DNA of 64,000 nucleotides from a virus (Duplodnaviria > Heunggongvirae > Uroviricota > Caudoviricetes). Positions 29,870 through 39,294 of the stretch are shown piece after piece. The number at the start of each line of letters is the position of its first letter. Within the stretch, counting starts at the first letter, position 1. A model generated the notes under the pieces. It saw nothing but the letters and a program-made list of their open reading frames with translations. It had not been told where the DNA came from and made no database searches. The DNA is taken from the IMG/VR virus record IMGVR_UViG_3300029906_000003, positions 1-64,000 of that record. One strand, given 5' to 3'. The position numbers and the translations under genes were made by a program.

Positions 29870-30463
29870 TTATTCCTCCACTATTACTTGAAAGACTTCC
29901 TTATCTACCCACAATCCAGAATTTAATGCCTCTTCATGCGAATCAAAGTAAATGTCAATAATCTTTTTTCCTAGTCCGCCGCCGCGGTCTTCAACAATGT
30001 ACTCATGTCCATCAATAACAATCTTAGTTCCGAAAGGAATACCATTCATTGCCGCAGTCCTGCCCGCAGTAGCTTTCGTTCCAGATGCAGTAATGCCATC
30101 CGTCTTGCCGCAACACTTTACGCAAGGGCAATAGGCAGAAATCTTATAAACGCCAAGTGAAACCAATTCAGGTTCTTTCTCTTTTTTAGCTTCCGCCTCT
30201 TTAATAATTACAGCATCTTTTTCTTTTTGCTCTAAAGCTAACTGCTCCATAGTAAATTCATACGGAGACTGATATGCGACAAGCTCACTATCGCATTCTT
30301 GAGACGCAATGGCATTTTTTACCGAAATGCATCCTACTAACGCAATAAGTGCGATTCCCGCGATAAATTCCTTTCCCAATCTCATTTCTCTTTCTCCTTT
30401 TCTATTGTTTTGATGCAAAGAATGAGAACTGGGAGGGGTAATATTAATTAAAAAATGAGCCAA
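29870..30463 (-). CDS. 3D-domain (MltA/YocH-like) lytic transglycosylase lipoprotein. The likely true start is MRLGKEF.. near 30388.
   Basis: lipobox LIALVGC; 3D domain YKISAYCPCVKCCGKTDGITASG...IDIYFDSHEEA. Confidence 0.65.
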   Translation of the reverse strand: MAHFLINITPPSSHSLHQNNRKGEREMRLGKEFIAGIALIALVGCISVKNAIASQECDSELVAYQSPYEFTMEQLALEQKEKDAVIIKEAEAKKEKEPELVSLGVYKISAYCPCVKCCGKTDGITASGTKATAGRTAAMNGIPFGTKIVIDGHEYIVEDRGGGLGKKIIDIYFDSHEEALNSGLWVDKEVFQVIVEE

Positions 30464-30659
30464 ATAAATTATCTAAAATAGTCCAGACATCTATAAGGCT
30501 CATTTATTGGTGCCACCCCCGTGAATCGAACACGGAACCTGTCAATTATAAGTTGACTGCTCTGACCAGTTGAGCTAGAGCGGCATATAAGGAGGCTTGA
30601 AGCACCTTGTCGCTTTCACATGGCGGCCTCTTTCTTTATATATTATACCATTTTTATTC

Positions 30660-30812
30660 TTCTTCGTCAATAAAAGATTTTTTAAGCTGAATTACTTCAT
30701 AATCAATGACAGTATAACGCTCCTGAAGAAAATACAAATCAGCAAAATTGTTAATAACACAAATATGCTTAATAGAATAGTCGTCAATATACCAAACCTG
30801 AATATGAAGCAT
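30660..30812 (-). CDS. hypothetical small protein (50 aa)
   Basis: manual ORF; RBS AAGGAGAG. Confidence 0.25.
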
Positions 30813-30829
30813 CTTTAACTCTCCTTCTT

Positions 30830-31114
30830 TTATAGATTAAACTTATCAATCAATCTACGAACATTTTCTAGTTCTTCTTCTGTTGGCATAGAATCAATAG
30901 AAGAAAGAATTGGTGCGGGCAGCTCACTATCTCCACGCTGAGACTCGTGTGATACGTTCTCCTTTGCCGCGGTCATAGTAAGTTTAATTTGAATTTCTTC
31001 ACCATCTTCAATGCCGCAAATTCTTAACTCTTTACCATTAATGAATGAGTTAGGAAAAATCTAAAGAATAAGGTTAGAAATTTTTTCCTTAGTTGCGCTT
31101 CCTTTTGCCGCCAT
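30830..31114 (-). CDS. hypothetical protein with 1 in-frame TAG; possibly an AbrB/SpoVT-like swapped-hairpin regulator
   Basis: manual: MAAKGSATKEKISNLIL[TAG]IFPNSFINGKELRICGIEDGEEIQIKL.. Confidence 0.35.
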
Positions 31115-31182
31115 TATTTTCTCCTTTATATTTTTTATCTTTATTGTATAATTATTATATCATTTTTCTTATTTTTTGTCAA

Positions 31183-31998
31183 TTATGTTTTTTCTTTTTT
31201 ATCTTTTATCTTTTTTGCAACGTGACTCAATTCTTCAATCCTCTTGCACATTTTACATGAGCCATCTATAAGACAACGTTTGCGGCAACTCGTTCTAAAC
31301 CAAGCAAACTCTGGCCCAATGTATCTATTATCAATATCAGAATCTAGTCCCAAGATAATTTCTTTCAGCGGCCCCCACCATTTTTTTTCTTTTGCATATA
31401 TCTTGTATAGAGTTCCATCTGAATTGTTAAAAGATATAAGTTCGCAAACATCAACCCAATTCTCATAAGCAGATATATCCTCTGGCCGCACATAGAATTG
31501 CGTCAATTTATCTCCATACGAGTATGATGACTGACAGATATTAGGGTATATCCGTACAGAGGCGCCGGCCGCATGAACCTTCTTTGCAACATTTTGAATA
31601 TCAAATCCTAATTGGTTTCCAATATATATATCAGTTACACCAAGAGAAAGAAAACCATCTATGGTATCGTAGTCCAATGGGATGTTGACAAAAAAGAATG
31701 GAATCTTATCTTCTTTAAAGAAATCAAGTATATTTTTTATTTTTTCATTGTTAAGATAATAAGCAAATCTTATTTTTATTTTCTCTGGATATTTTTTGAC
31801 TAGAGACTTAATTGATTTATATTCTTGGCCACGCAAAGACAATTTATCTATTACATCATTAGAGCAACTTAGAATAAAAGAGGTGGAATCATCGTCCCAC
31901 CCCTGAATTTGATTCTCTATTGCTTTGATGCGGCCAAAGTCTATGTCAATAATTAGTTCATCCAATCCGGGGACGCTTTTCCGCATACAAAACTTCAT
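31183..31998 (-). CDS. hypothetical protein with a C-terminal Cys cluster
   Basis: ORF track. Confidence 0.55.
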   Translation of the reverse strand: MKFCMRKSVPGLDELIIDIDFGRIKAIENQIQGWDDDSTSFILSCSNDVIDKLSLRGQEYKSIKSLVKKYPEKIKIRFAYYLNNEKIKNILDFFKEDKIPFFFVNIPLDYDTIDGFLSLGVTDIYIGNQLGFDIQNVAKKVHAAGASVRIYPNICQSSYSYGDKLTQFYVRPEDISAYENWVDVCELISFNNSDGTLYKIYAKEKKWWGPLKEIILGLDSDIDNRYIGPEFAWFRTSCRKRCLIDGSCKMCKRIEELSHVAKKIKDKKEKT

Positions 31999-32001
31999 TT
32001 A

Positions 32002-32217
32002 TTACTCCCATCTATCCCATTTTGATTCTCGCAATTCTTTCTTACGGGCATCGCGCATCTTTTCTTCTTTGAGATTTTTACGAGCAGGTTTTCCACCCGG
32101 AATTGCATCATACTTAGAGCACTTCTGACAATAATGCCAGAAAGTTCCTTCTCGCCCTAAAGCACAATGCCCTTCATACTCATAATACTGACACGCAATA
32201 TTTCTTTCTTTTGCCAT
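32002..32217 (-). CDS. small Cys/His-rich protein
   Basis: ORF track. Confidence 0.4.
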   Translation of the reverse strand: MAKERNIACQYYEYEGHCALGREGTFWHYCQKCSKYDAIPGGKPARKNLKEEKMRDARKKELRESKWDRWE

Positions 32218-32247
32218 TGGGATAAATCCTTTCTTTATTATATTATA

Positions 32248-32661
32248 TTACTTTACACTAGAGAACATTGCGTTCAAGAAATTCTTGATAATGTCATCAT
32301 CACTCTTGCCCTTGGGCGCTTTAGTCATATTACCAAAACTCTTAAAAGTATTGTCCAAGTCACGAAGAGTTTCGTCAATAATTTCATCCAAATCCTTCTT
32401 GATAAGTTCAGCAAGGTCCCCTTCGAAGCTAGAATCAACACAAATGACCAAGTAATTCTTCAGTGCCTTAACAAGTTCAACTCTTGCCGCATCGGCCTTA
32501 GCCTTCTGCTCATTCTGGCTATTATCTGCCTTAGCCTTCTCAATAATCCTATCAAGAAATTTGTGATACTGTTCAGCAACCTTCTTCTGATGCTCTGCAT
32601 CAACTCCAAGGCACTCCTTCATATACTCATAATCAACGGACATAATCTTCTTGTTTTCCAT
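32248..32661 (-). CDS. hypothetical protein
   Basis: ORF track. Confidence 0.5.
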   Translation of the reverse strand: MENKKIMSVDYEYMKECLGVDAEHQKKVAEQYHKFLDRIIEKAKADNSQNEQKAKADAARVELVKALKNYLVICVDSSFEGDLAELIKKDLDEIIDETLRDLDNTFKSFGNMTKAPKGKSDDDIIKNFLNAMFSSVK

Positions 32662-32791
32662 TAATAATTTCTCCTTAAAAAGTTAATCAAAACAAACAAA
32701 TTTTCTTTATATTATTATAAGTTAAAAATGCGGCCAGGTCAATATAGCATTTTTGGGACTAATCCAATGTTGCATAGGACGGCTGGCCGCG

Positions 32792-33517
32792 TTACGAATT
32801 GAACCCCGCATAATCAAAAATAATTGGCCGCCCTTCAACATCATAACCATAATTTAGCTCGTGCATATCTCCCAGCAAATTAGCCACATAGTCAAGATGT
32901 TTATTGCTTTCAAGATAACTCGTGAACTTATTTAAGAAAAGTTCTCCATAAATATCATAAACTTTTGCAAGCCATTTCTGCTCAAAATAGCGATTTGCAC
33001 TACTAGGCTTCCTATTGATATAATTTCTTGCTTTGTTTGAAACCTCTATGGCAGAAGCATAAGCCGTTGGAGTTCCAATTACCCCTTGCAAATAATAACT
33101 AATACCTTTCTTGCTCTTGTAAAATTTAATTTCAGCAAAAACATCTAAAAGTTCTTCTTCATTGTCGTCTCTTAACATTTCACAGAAACAAATTTCATCT
33201 TCTAAATAATTATCATTAATGCAGCCAGTGAGATATTTATGAGACAGAGGAATTTTAATTACGATTGGGAGCAAATCCATTTGAAAGACAATCTTTGTTG
33301 CTCCATAATGATAACTAATATCCCCCAGAGAATTACCAAAAACTTTCTTCAAACAATAAACTTTTTTATTTAAAAGTTTTTCCATGGCCTTATCAGACTC
33401 CATTTCATTGTCTAGCCAAGTTGCAGTAGCCTTTTCTAATTCTTTTGTCTGAATATTAATTATATCAATAATCTTATCAATAATATATTTATTTTTTTGA
33501 GTAAGGACAGGAAACAT
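32792..33517 (-). CDS. hypothetical protein
   Basis: ORF track. Confidence 0.55.
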   Translation of the reverse strand: MFPVLTQKNKYIIDKIIDIINIQTKELEKATATWLDNEMESDKAMEKLLNKKVYCLKKVFGNSLGDISYHYGATKIVFQMDLLPIVIKIPLSHKYLTGCINDNYLEDEICFCEMLRDDNEEELLDVFAEIKFYKSKKGISYYLQGVIGTPTAYASAIEVSNKARNYINRKPSSANRYFEQKWLAKVYDIYGELFLNKFTSYLESNKHLDYVANLLGDMHELNYGYDVEGRPIIFDYAGFNS

Positions 33518-33634
33518 TTTAATCTCCTTTTTCTCTTTCTATTGTTTTATCTTTTATAAATGTATTATATCATATATCATATTATTTATCAATAAATAAT
33601 TTTTGCTTCTGAAACAATAGAAGAAAATATATAT

Positions 33635-33662
33635 TGACATATCTATTATAATATGGTATAAT
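33635..33662 (+). promoter_or_regulatory. sigma-A consensus promoter TTGACA-16/17-TATAAT driving the rightward block
   Basis: atatTTGACAtatctattataatatggTATAATtttt. Confidence 0.55.
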
Positions 33663-33696
33663 TTTTTCAGAAAATCAATAGAAAGGAAAAAGATAA

Positions 33697-34881
33697 ATGT
33701 TTTCTAACCTAAAAAATATTTATGCTATTGTTGGTGCAAATTTTGGAGATGAAGGAAAAGGAATGATGACAGCATATTTTGCAAGGGAAGCTAATCATCC
33801 TATTGTCGTTCTCCATAATGGAGGCTGCCAGCGCGGTCATACTGTTCTTTCTAAAGATAATAATATTAGGCATATTTTTCATCATTTTGGGGCAGGTACT
33901 CTTGATGGTGCTCCTACTTTCTTTGCAGATACTTTTCTTATTAATCCAATGGTTCTCGTTCGAGAATATAATGAATTAAAAGAAAAAGGAATTACTCCGC
34001 ATTATTATATTCATAAGGACTGCTTGATTACTACTATTTATGATGTAATGATTAATCAGATTCTTGAAATTGATAGGGGCCGTGTATCTAAGCATGGCTC
34101 TTGCGGCTGGGGCATTTTTGAAACTTTGTATCGAAATCATTCAGCTACAGTTGATTTTAAAGATAAGCTTATTAAAAAATGTAGTATGACGGTAGAAGAG
34201 TTCAATATGCTAAATATTATTAGCAAAATTGATTTTATGGATTTTATTCGCAAAGAATATTTACCACTTCGGCTTAATAGTTTTAATATTCGTAAAGATA
34301 TGAATGAATATTATTCTAAAATTATTAATAGCGATGGCGCAATGATTCATTATATTGAAGATTTCAACTTCATGATTCAGCACGCAGATGGAATTGTAGA
34401 TAATGAAATCCTTAATGGCTATGAAGATATTATTTTTGAAAATGGGCAGGGGCTTTTGCTTGACCAAAATAATGAGGAATATTTTCCCCATTTGACCCCT
34501 AGCAATACTGGAATTAAAAATCCTGTCGCTATCATGAAAACTATCAATACTAATATCCCTATCCATGCCTGTTATGTATCTCGTACTTATGTGACTAGAC
34601 ATGGAGCAGGTCGTCTTGACAATGAGTGCGATAAAAAGGATATCTGTGCTAATATGTGGGATAGAACTAATATTTATAACCCTTGGCAGGATTCTCTTAG
34701 ATATGGTTTTCTTGACTATAAAAATCTAATGAAAAATATCAATAATGATATCAAAGATGGAGCTGGGCTAGTAGATTTTTCTATTGCATTTACTCATTTG
34801 AATGAATATCCTATGAAAAGGTTCTTTCCCGAAAATCGCTATATTTCTTTTAAGGATGGTGAAGTTATTAAACGATGGTAA
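33697..34881 (+). CDS. adenylosuccinate synthetase (PurA) homolog, candidate PurZ
   Basis: P-loop GANFGDEGKGM, GGCQRGHTV (PurA GxxxAGHT), SCGWG; phage-encoded and immediately followed by an HD hydrolase. Confidence 0.7.
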   Translation: MFSNLKNIYAIVGANFGDEGKGMMTAYFAREANHPIVVLHNGGCQRGHTVLSKDNNIRHIFHHFGAGTLDGAPTFFADTFLINPMVLVREYNELKEKGITPHYYIHKDCLITTIYDVMINQILEIDRGRVSKHGSCGWGIFETLYRNHSATVDFKDKLIKKCSMTVEEFNMLNIISKIDFMDFIRKEYLPLRLNSFNIRKDMNEYYSKIINSDGAMIHYIEDFNFMIQHADGIVDNEILNGYEDIIFENGQGLLLDQNNEEYFPHLTPSNTGIKNPVAIMKTINTNIPIHACYVSRTYVTRHGAGRLDNECDKKDICANMWDRTNIYNPWQDSLRYGFLDYKNLMKNINNDIKDGAGLVDFSIAFTHLNEYPMKRFFPENRYISFKDGEVIKRW

Positions 34882-35378
34882 AAGAATTTTCAATTTTTAA
34901 AGATGAACCTGCGACTTATGATTCTGTAGAAAGATTTAAAGAAATTTGTGAATATTCTTATCAAAAGGATAGTTATAAGCATATTTTCCAAGTTGGAGAA
35001 AAAATAGTAGAGCTATTTTGTGGAAAAATGCACGATCTTAGTCAATATAATTTTATAATTGCTGTAGCCTATGGACACGATCTCTTAGAAGATACTCTTT
35101 TTGCAAAAGAAGAAGATCTTTCTAAATTTGATGAAGATTTTATTAAGGCAATTTCTTATCTTACGAGAGATAAAGAAAAAGAATCTTATAAAGACTATAT
35201 TATTAAAATTAAAACTTTTTATGAAGATAGCAAATCTAAATCAGAATATGAAAAGAAGCTTGCAGAAGCTGTATATTATGTAAAACTAGCAGACATATTT
35301 GACCATTTGTCAAGGATAAAAACTTTGAAACCTTCTTTAAAGAAAAGATATTTGGAGGCACTTGATATTTTGCTATAA
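34875..35378 (+). CDS. HD-domain phosphohydrolase, DatZ-like
   Basis: H..HD..D pattern (KH, AVAYGHDLLED, KLADIFDHL); about 167 aa; ATGGTAA overlap with the upstream gene. Confidence 0.55.
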   Translation: MVKEFSIFKDEPATYDSVERFKEICEYSYQKDSYKHIFQVGEKIVELFCGKMHDLSQYNFIIAVAYGHDLLEDTLFAKEEDLSKFDEDFIKAISYLTRDKEKESYKDYIIKIKTFYEDSKSKSEYEKKLAEAVYYVKLADIFDHLSRIKTLKPSLKKRYLEALDILL

Positions 35379-35383
35379 GAAAA

Positions 35384-36130
35384 ATGTTGAATAAAAAAAT
35401 AAAATATTATATAATACTTATAGGAAGTATATTTCTATTATGGAATATTGGAGCAAAATTAACTTCTCCAATTTTTATTCCAGATCCATTTACCGTTTTT
35501 GATTCATTTATTAAAATGGCTTTAAATGGACAATTATGGATAGCGTTTATTTATTCATTTACTAGAATTACAATAGCATCAATAATAAGTGCAGTTTTAG
35601 CAATTTTTCTTGGGTGTTTAATAAAAATTTATTATCCGGTAAATACTTTATTAAGCCCTATTGTAAATATTATGCGTTTTCTTCCAGTTACCGCCTTTTA
35701 TCCAATGCTTACTATTTGGTTCGGTATTGGAGAAGAAATGAAAATTGCATTTCTTTTTGTAGCAACTTTTGTATATATGTTGCCAAGCGTAATTCTTGCC
35801 TTAAATGAAGTAAATAAAGACGTAATAGAAGCAGCTTCTGTAGAAGGAGCAAATAAAGAACAATTAATTCATAAAATTATTCTTCCAATTGCGACGCCTT
35901 CTATTGCGCAGTCTTTTGCAATGATGTATGGAATTGGATATACTTATATTGCAGTAGCTGAACAAACAAATGCGAAATATGGAATTGGATATTTAATTTA
36001 TACATCTTCCGCAAGAGGATTAACCTACATGACATTTGTAGGAATTTTAACTATAATCTTAGTTGGAATTTTATTTGATTTATTTGCAAATAAAATAATA
36101 AAGAGTATTTTTAATTGGAAATTTAATTAA
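35384..36130 (+). CDS. ABC transporter permease (NitT/TauT/SsuC family)
   Basis: 6 TM segments; EAASVEGANKEQLIHKIILPIATPSI signature. Confidence 0.7.
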   Translation: MLNKKIKYYIILIGSIFLLWNIGAKLTSPIFIPDPFTVFDSFIKMALNGQLWIAFIYSFTRITIASIISAVLAIFLGCLIKIYYPVNTLLSPIVNIMRFLPVTAFYPMLTIWFGIGEEMKIAFLFVATFVYMLPSVILALNEVNKDVIEAASVEGANKEQLIHKIILPIATPSIAQSFAMMYGIGYTYIAVAEQTNAKYGIGYLIYTSSARGLTYMTFVGILTIILVGILFDLFANKIIKSIFNWKFN

Positions 36131-36154
36131 TTAAAGAAAGGAAAAATATAAAAT

Positions 36155-36715
36155 ATGAAGAAAAATTTTCTTGAAAAGCTAGGACTTATTGAAACTTCTG
36201 AAAGTGAAGATGGAAAATCTTCAATTCTTCCAGAAGAAATGCTAGAGACAGATGTTCCTGAAGAAATTCCCGAAGTTCCTGTTCATTTTTCTTCTGACGA
36301 CGTACTAACTATTGAAGGTATTTATACATCAAATGATGTTAATGATTTATCTCAAACTGTATATAAAGTTAAAGAAATGATTGATACGCTACCCAAGGAA
36401 ATGCCAGATAAGACCAAGCAGACTACCGTATGTAGCATGATGAATGTTATTGGCTTAAGCATAGATTCAATTTTTGAAGATGCAAAAAATCGTATAAGTA
36501 TTTTGCACTCTGCTTTTGAAGCTAAAAATAGAAATCTAACAAAAGACCTCAATGATAATGAAATGAGCATTGAGGCACTTAAGCAAGAAATTGAAAACAG
36601 ACAAAAGCGTAGCCAAGAAATTCAAAAGGCTATCAAAGAAAATGGAGATACAATGAGTAAGGAATTAGAAAAAATTAGCTATATTACAGAATTTATTGGG
36701 GGTGAAAAAGAATGA
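36155..36715 (+). CDS. hypothetical acidic protein
   Basis: ORF track. Confidence 0.5.
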   Translation: MKKNFLEKLGLIETSESEDGKSSILPEEMLETDVPEEIPEVPVHFSSDDVLTIEGIYTSNDVNDLSQTVYKVKEMIDTLPKEMPDKTKQTTVCSMMNVIGLSIDSIFEDAKNRISILHSAFEAKNRNLTKDLNDNEMSIEALKQEIENRQKRSQEIQKAIKENGDTMSKELEKISYITEFIGGEKE

Positions 36716-37461
36716 CCCTTACAACAACACAATTTATTATAATCTGTGCTATTGTCTTATTCGCTATTATCCTATTTATTTTCCCATCTTTCAGAAAACA
36801 GCTTAAGTCTCTTGTTGGTGGATTCTTACAGATTTTCATTCAGGATAAAGCAAAAACCCCAGAAGGCGCAAGAGCAATCTATTCTCAAGCGATTGAAGAG
36901 CGCCAAGAAGACTATAGAAAAATCTGCAATGCAGTAGATGATTTTGCTGGAAAATTTAAGTCTTTTACTGACGAGTATAACAAAAACAAAAAAATTGCAG
37001 AAGATGCAGACAACAAAGCGCGTCTTGCTGTAAGCAGAAATGATATGGAAACTGCGAGAACTTGGGCACAAACGCGGCAAGAAGCTATTGATATGTGTAA
37101 TAATATTTCTCCATATATCGAAGAAACAAAAAGTGCTCTTGAAGAAGCAAGAAAAATTAAAGAGCAAATTGGAAATGAACTTGCAAAACTGAAAAGAGAA
37201 AGCAAAAATGTTATTACTCAAATGGAATTTAATGAGAAAATGACAGACTCTTATTCAAGGATGGATAACCTTCGCGTTGATTCAGCAACAGAAAAACTTC
37301 TTAATGCCACAAGAGAAGGAATCCAAGAAAAGAAAGAGCGTGCTGCTGGAGCTAAGATGAATTATCAAACTAGCCGAGAAGGAAAACAGGCTGCGGCAAA
37401 AGCAAAGGCAGCAGATTATGATATTGACGCATATTTGAATTCAATTAAGAAAAAGAATTAA
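36712..37461 (+). CDS. PspA/IM30-family protein with an N-terminal TM helix
   Basis: coiled-coil EERQEDYRK...ARLAVSRNDMETARTWAQTRQEA, similar to PspA/LiaH. Confidence 0.55.
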   Translation: MTLTTTQFIIICAIVLFAIILFIFPSFRKQLKSLVGGFLQIFIQDKAKTPEGARAIYSQAIEERQEDYRKICNAVDDFAGKFKSFTDEYNKNKKIAEDADNKARLAVSRNDMETARTWAQTRQEAIDMCNNISPYIEETKSALEEARKIKEQIGNELAKLKRESKNVITQMEFNEKMTDSYSRMDNLRVDSATEKLLNATREGIQEKKERAAGAKMNYQTSREGKQAAAKAKAADYDIDAYLNSIKKKN

Positions 37462-37472
37462 GGAGTAAATAA

Positions 37473-39062
37473 ATGAATAAATTTAAGCTTACTACGGCAG
37501 GTCGAATTTTGATTGTTGTTATTGTGCTTGCTATTTTGGGAGGCATTGGCGCTTTTGCTTTTAAGTCAGGCTTTATTAACATTGACAAAAATAGTACAGA
37601 TGACAGTATCACGTCTATTATTCCTGATAAAGACTCTACTGCTACACCAGTATCAGAAGATAATACTATCAATTTGTCTCTTGATGAATGGGCGGGATGG
37701 CTTTCTATCGTAACTGCGAACGGCGGTTTAACTACTCAACCTGGCTCTGTATTTGATGAACTCGGTATTAAGGTAAATATTAATGTTATTAACGATGCTA
37801 CTGAGTCTAGCAATGCTCTAATTGCAGGCGATCTTCAGGCGGCAGGATATACTACTAACCGCGTTGCTTTCTTGTCCAATAAGTTTAAATCTGCAAATTT
37901 TGATGTTGTAATGCCAGTTTTTACTAACTATTCTTATGGTGGCGATGGCATTATCGCTTCTAAGAATTTTGCAGATATTGATACTTGGGTTAATGCCCGT
38001 ATTGGCGTACCTGAATTCTCTGAGGCACAGACCATCGTGGCCTGGTTCGTTAAAAACTCTGATTTGAGTGAAGAGGATCAGAACAAAATTCTTGACAATT
38101 TGATTACTTTTGCTACTGCTGATGACACTGCGAAGGCTTTCTTTGCTGGCGAGCTTGATGTTGCTGCTACTTGGGAGCCTTATCTTACTCAGGCAAAAAC
38201 TTATACGAATTCTACTGTTGTATTTGACACTAAATCTTCTAGTTCGTTGGTTATGGACGGTATCCTTTTTGATCGTGATTGGGCAGAAGCACATCGTGAC
38301 ACAGTTGAAAAATTTATTCAGGGTGTAATCATGTGTTATGACCAGCCTATCAATTATGATGCTGCTCGTGAAGTATTCCCTATGTACGGTACAAGTTCTG
38401 ATGAAGATATTGCCGCAACTTATGCTAATGCAAAAATGGCAAGCTGGGGAGATAACTATGAAATTCTGACTGAAACAGCGCCTATGATTTATAATCAGAT
38501 GTGCGATATTTGGATTGAGCTAGGTGAAACTGTAAATAAAGATCTGTCTAGCACTATTTTTGATGTAAGTTATATTGAAAATCTTAAGAGCACTTTTGCT
38601 GGTACAAATGCATCAAGCGAGACTACAAATGCAAATGTATCTAGCGATTATAAAAATTCTGTAACCGAGATGGTATCTAATAATCTTGATTATGAATCTC
38701 TGCTGAGTAAGTCTGCAAATGTTACTTTCGTACCTGATACAGCAGTATTTAGCGATCAGACAACTGCGGCAGCCGAGTTGAATGAGTTTGTAGATATTGC
38801 AAAAACTCTTAATGGAACTATCATTGTAATTAATGGTAATATTAATACTGCTTCTGCAACAGAGTTTGGTAAGAATTTGTCTGTAAATCGTGCTCAAGCA
38901 GTCGCAAATTATCTTGCAACGCAAGGTATTGATACTAATCGAATGATTATTACTGGGGCTGGAAATGCTAAGTATCTTGCTGACCAGGCCGCAGGTACAC
39001 TCAATTCTGATGCTTCTGTCTATCAGTCTACTGATATTAGCTTTCTTAGAATTGAGGGATAA
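37473..39062 (+). CDS. membrane-anchored substrate-binding (SsuA/NMT1-like) protein fused to a C-terminal OmpA-like peptidoglycan-binding domain
   Basis: N-terminal TM helix; C-terminal NRAQAVANYLATQGIDTNRMIITGAGN (OmpA_C motif). Confidence 0.55.
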   Translation: MNKFKLTTAGRILIVVIVLAILGGIGAFAFKSGFINIDKNSTDDSITSIIPDKDSTATPVSEDNTINLSLDEWAGWLSIVTANGGLTTQPGSVFDELGIKVNINVINDATESSNALIAGDLQAAGYTTNRVAFLSNKFKSANFDVVMPVFTNYSYGGDGIIASKNFADIDTWVNARIGVPEFSEAQTIVAWFVKNSDLSEEDQNKILDNLITFATADDTAKAFFAGELDVAATWEPYLTQAKTYTNSTVVFDTKSSSSLVMDGILFDRDWAEAHRDTVEKFIQGVIMCYDQPINYDAAREVFPMYGTSSDEDIAATYANAKMASWGDNYEILTETAPMIYNQMCDIWIELGETVNKDLSSTIFDVSYIENLKSTFAGTNASSETTNANVSSDYKNSVTEMVSNNLDYESLLSKSANVTFVPDTAVFSDQTTAAAELNEFVDIAKTLNGTIIVINGNINTASATEFGKNLSVNRAQAVANYLATQGIDTNRMIITGAGNAKYLADQAAGTLNSDASVYQSTDISFLRIEG

Positions 39063-39065
39063 TAA

Positions 39066-39173
39066 TGATTTGGATAAGCATTCTTAATATTGTATATATT
39101 TTTTTAGCAGGTTTGATTATAGGTTCTCTTATAACCGCTATTGGAATTATTCATCATATAAAGAATAAATAAT
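39066..39173 (+). CDS. 35-aa hydrophobic peptide
   Basis: manual ORF MIWISILNIVYIFLAGLIIGSLITAIGIIHHIKNK. Confidence 0.25.
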
Positions 39174-39182
39174 TTTTAAAGA

Positions 39183-39215
39183 ATACAGCTTAATTAAGCT
39201 GTATTCTTTTTATTA
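39183..39215 (+). terminator. rho-independent terminator
   Basis: aatacagcttaattaagctgtatt followed by ctttttatt. Confidence 0.55.
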
Positions 39216-39294
39216 TCAAAAATTTCTTATTGATTTTTTATTAAAAAGATGATATAATATATACATAAGAAACAAAAGAAAAGGAGAATAGACT

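Noticed and set aside
30597-30818. 73-aa + ORF
   Set aside because: AT-rich promoter region; a better-supported small - strand ORF with an RBS occupies the same span.
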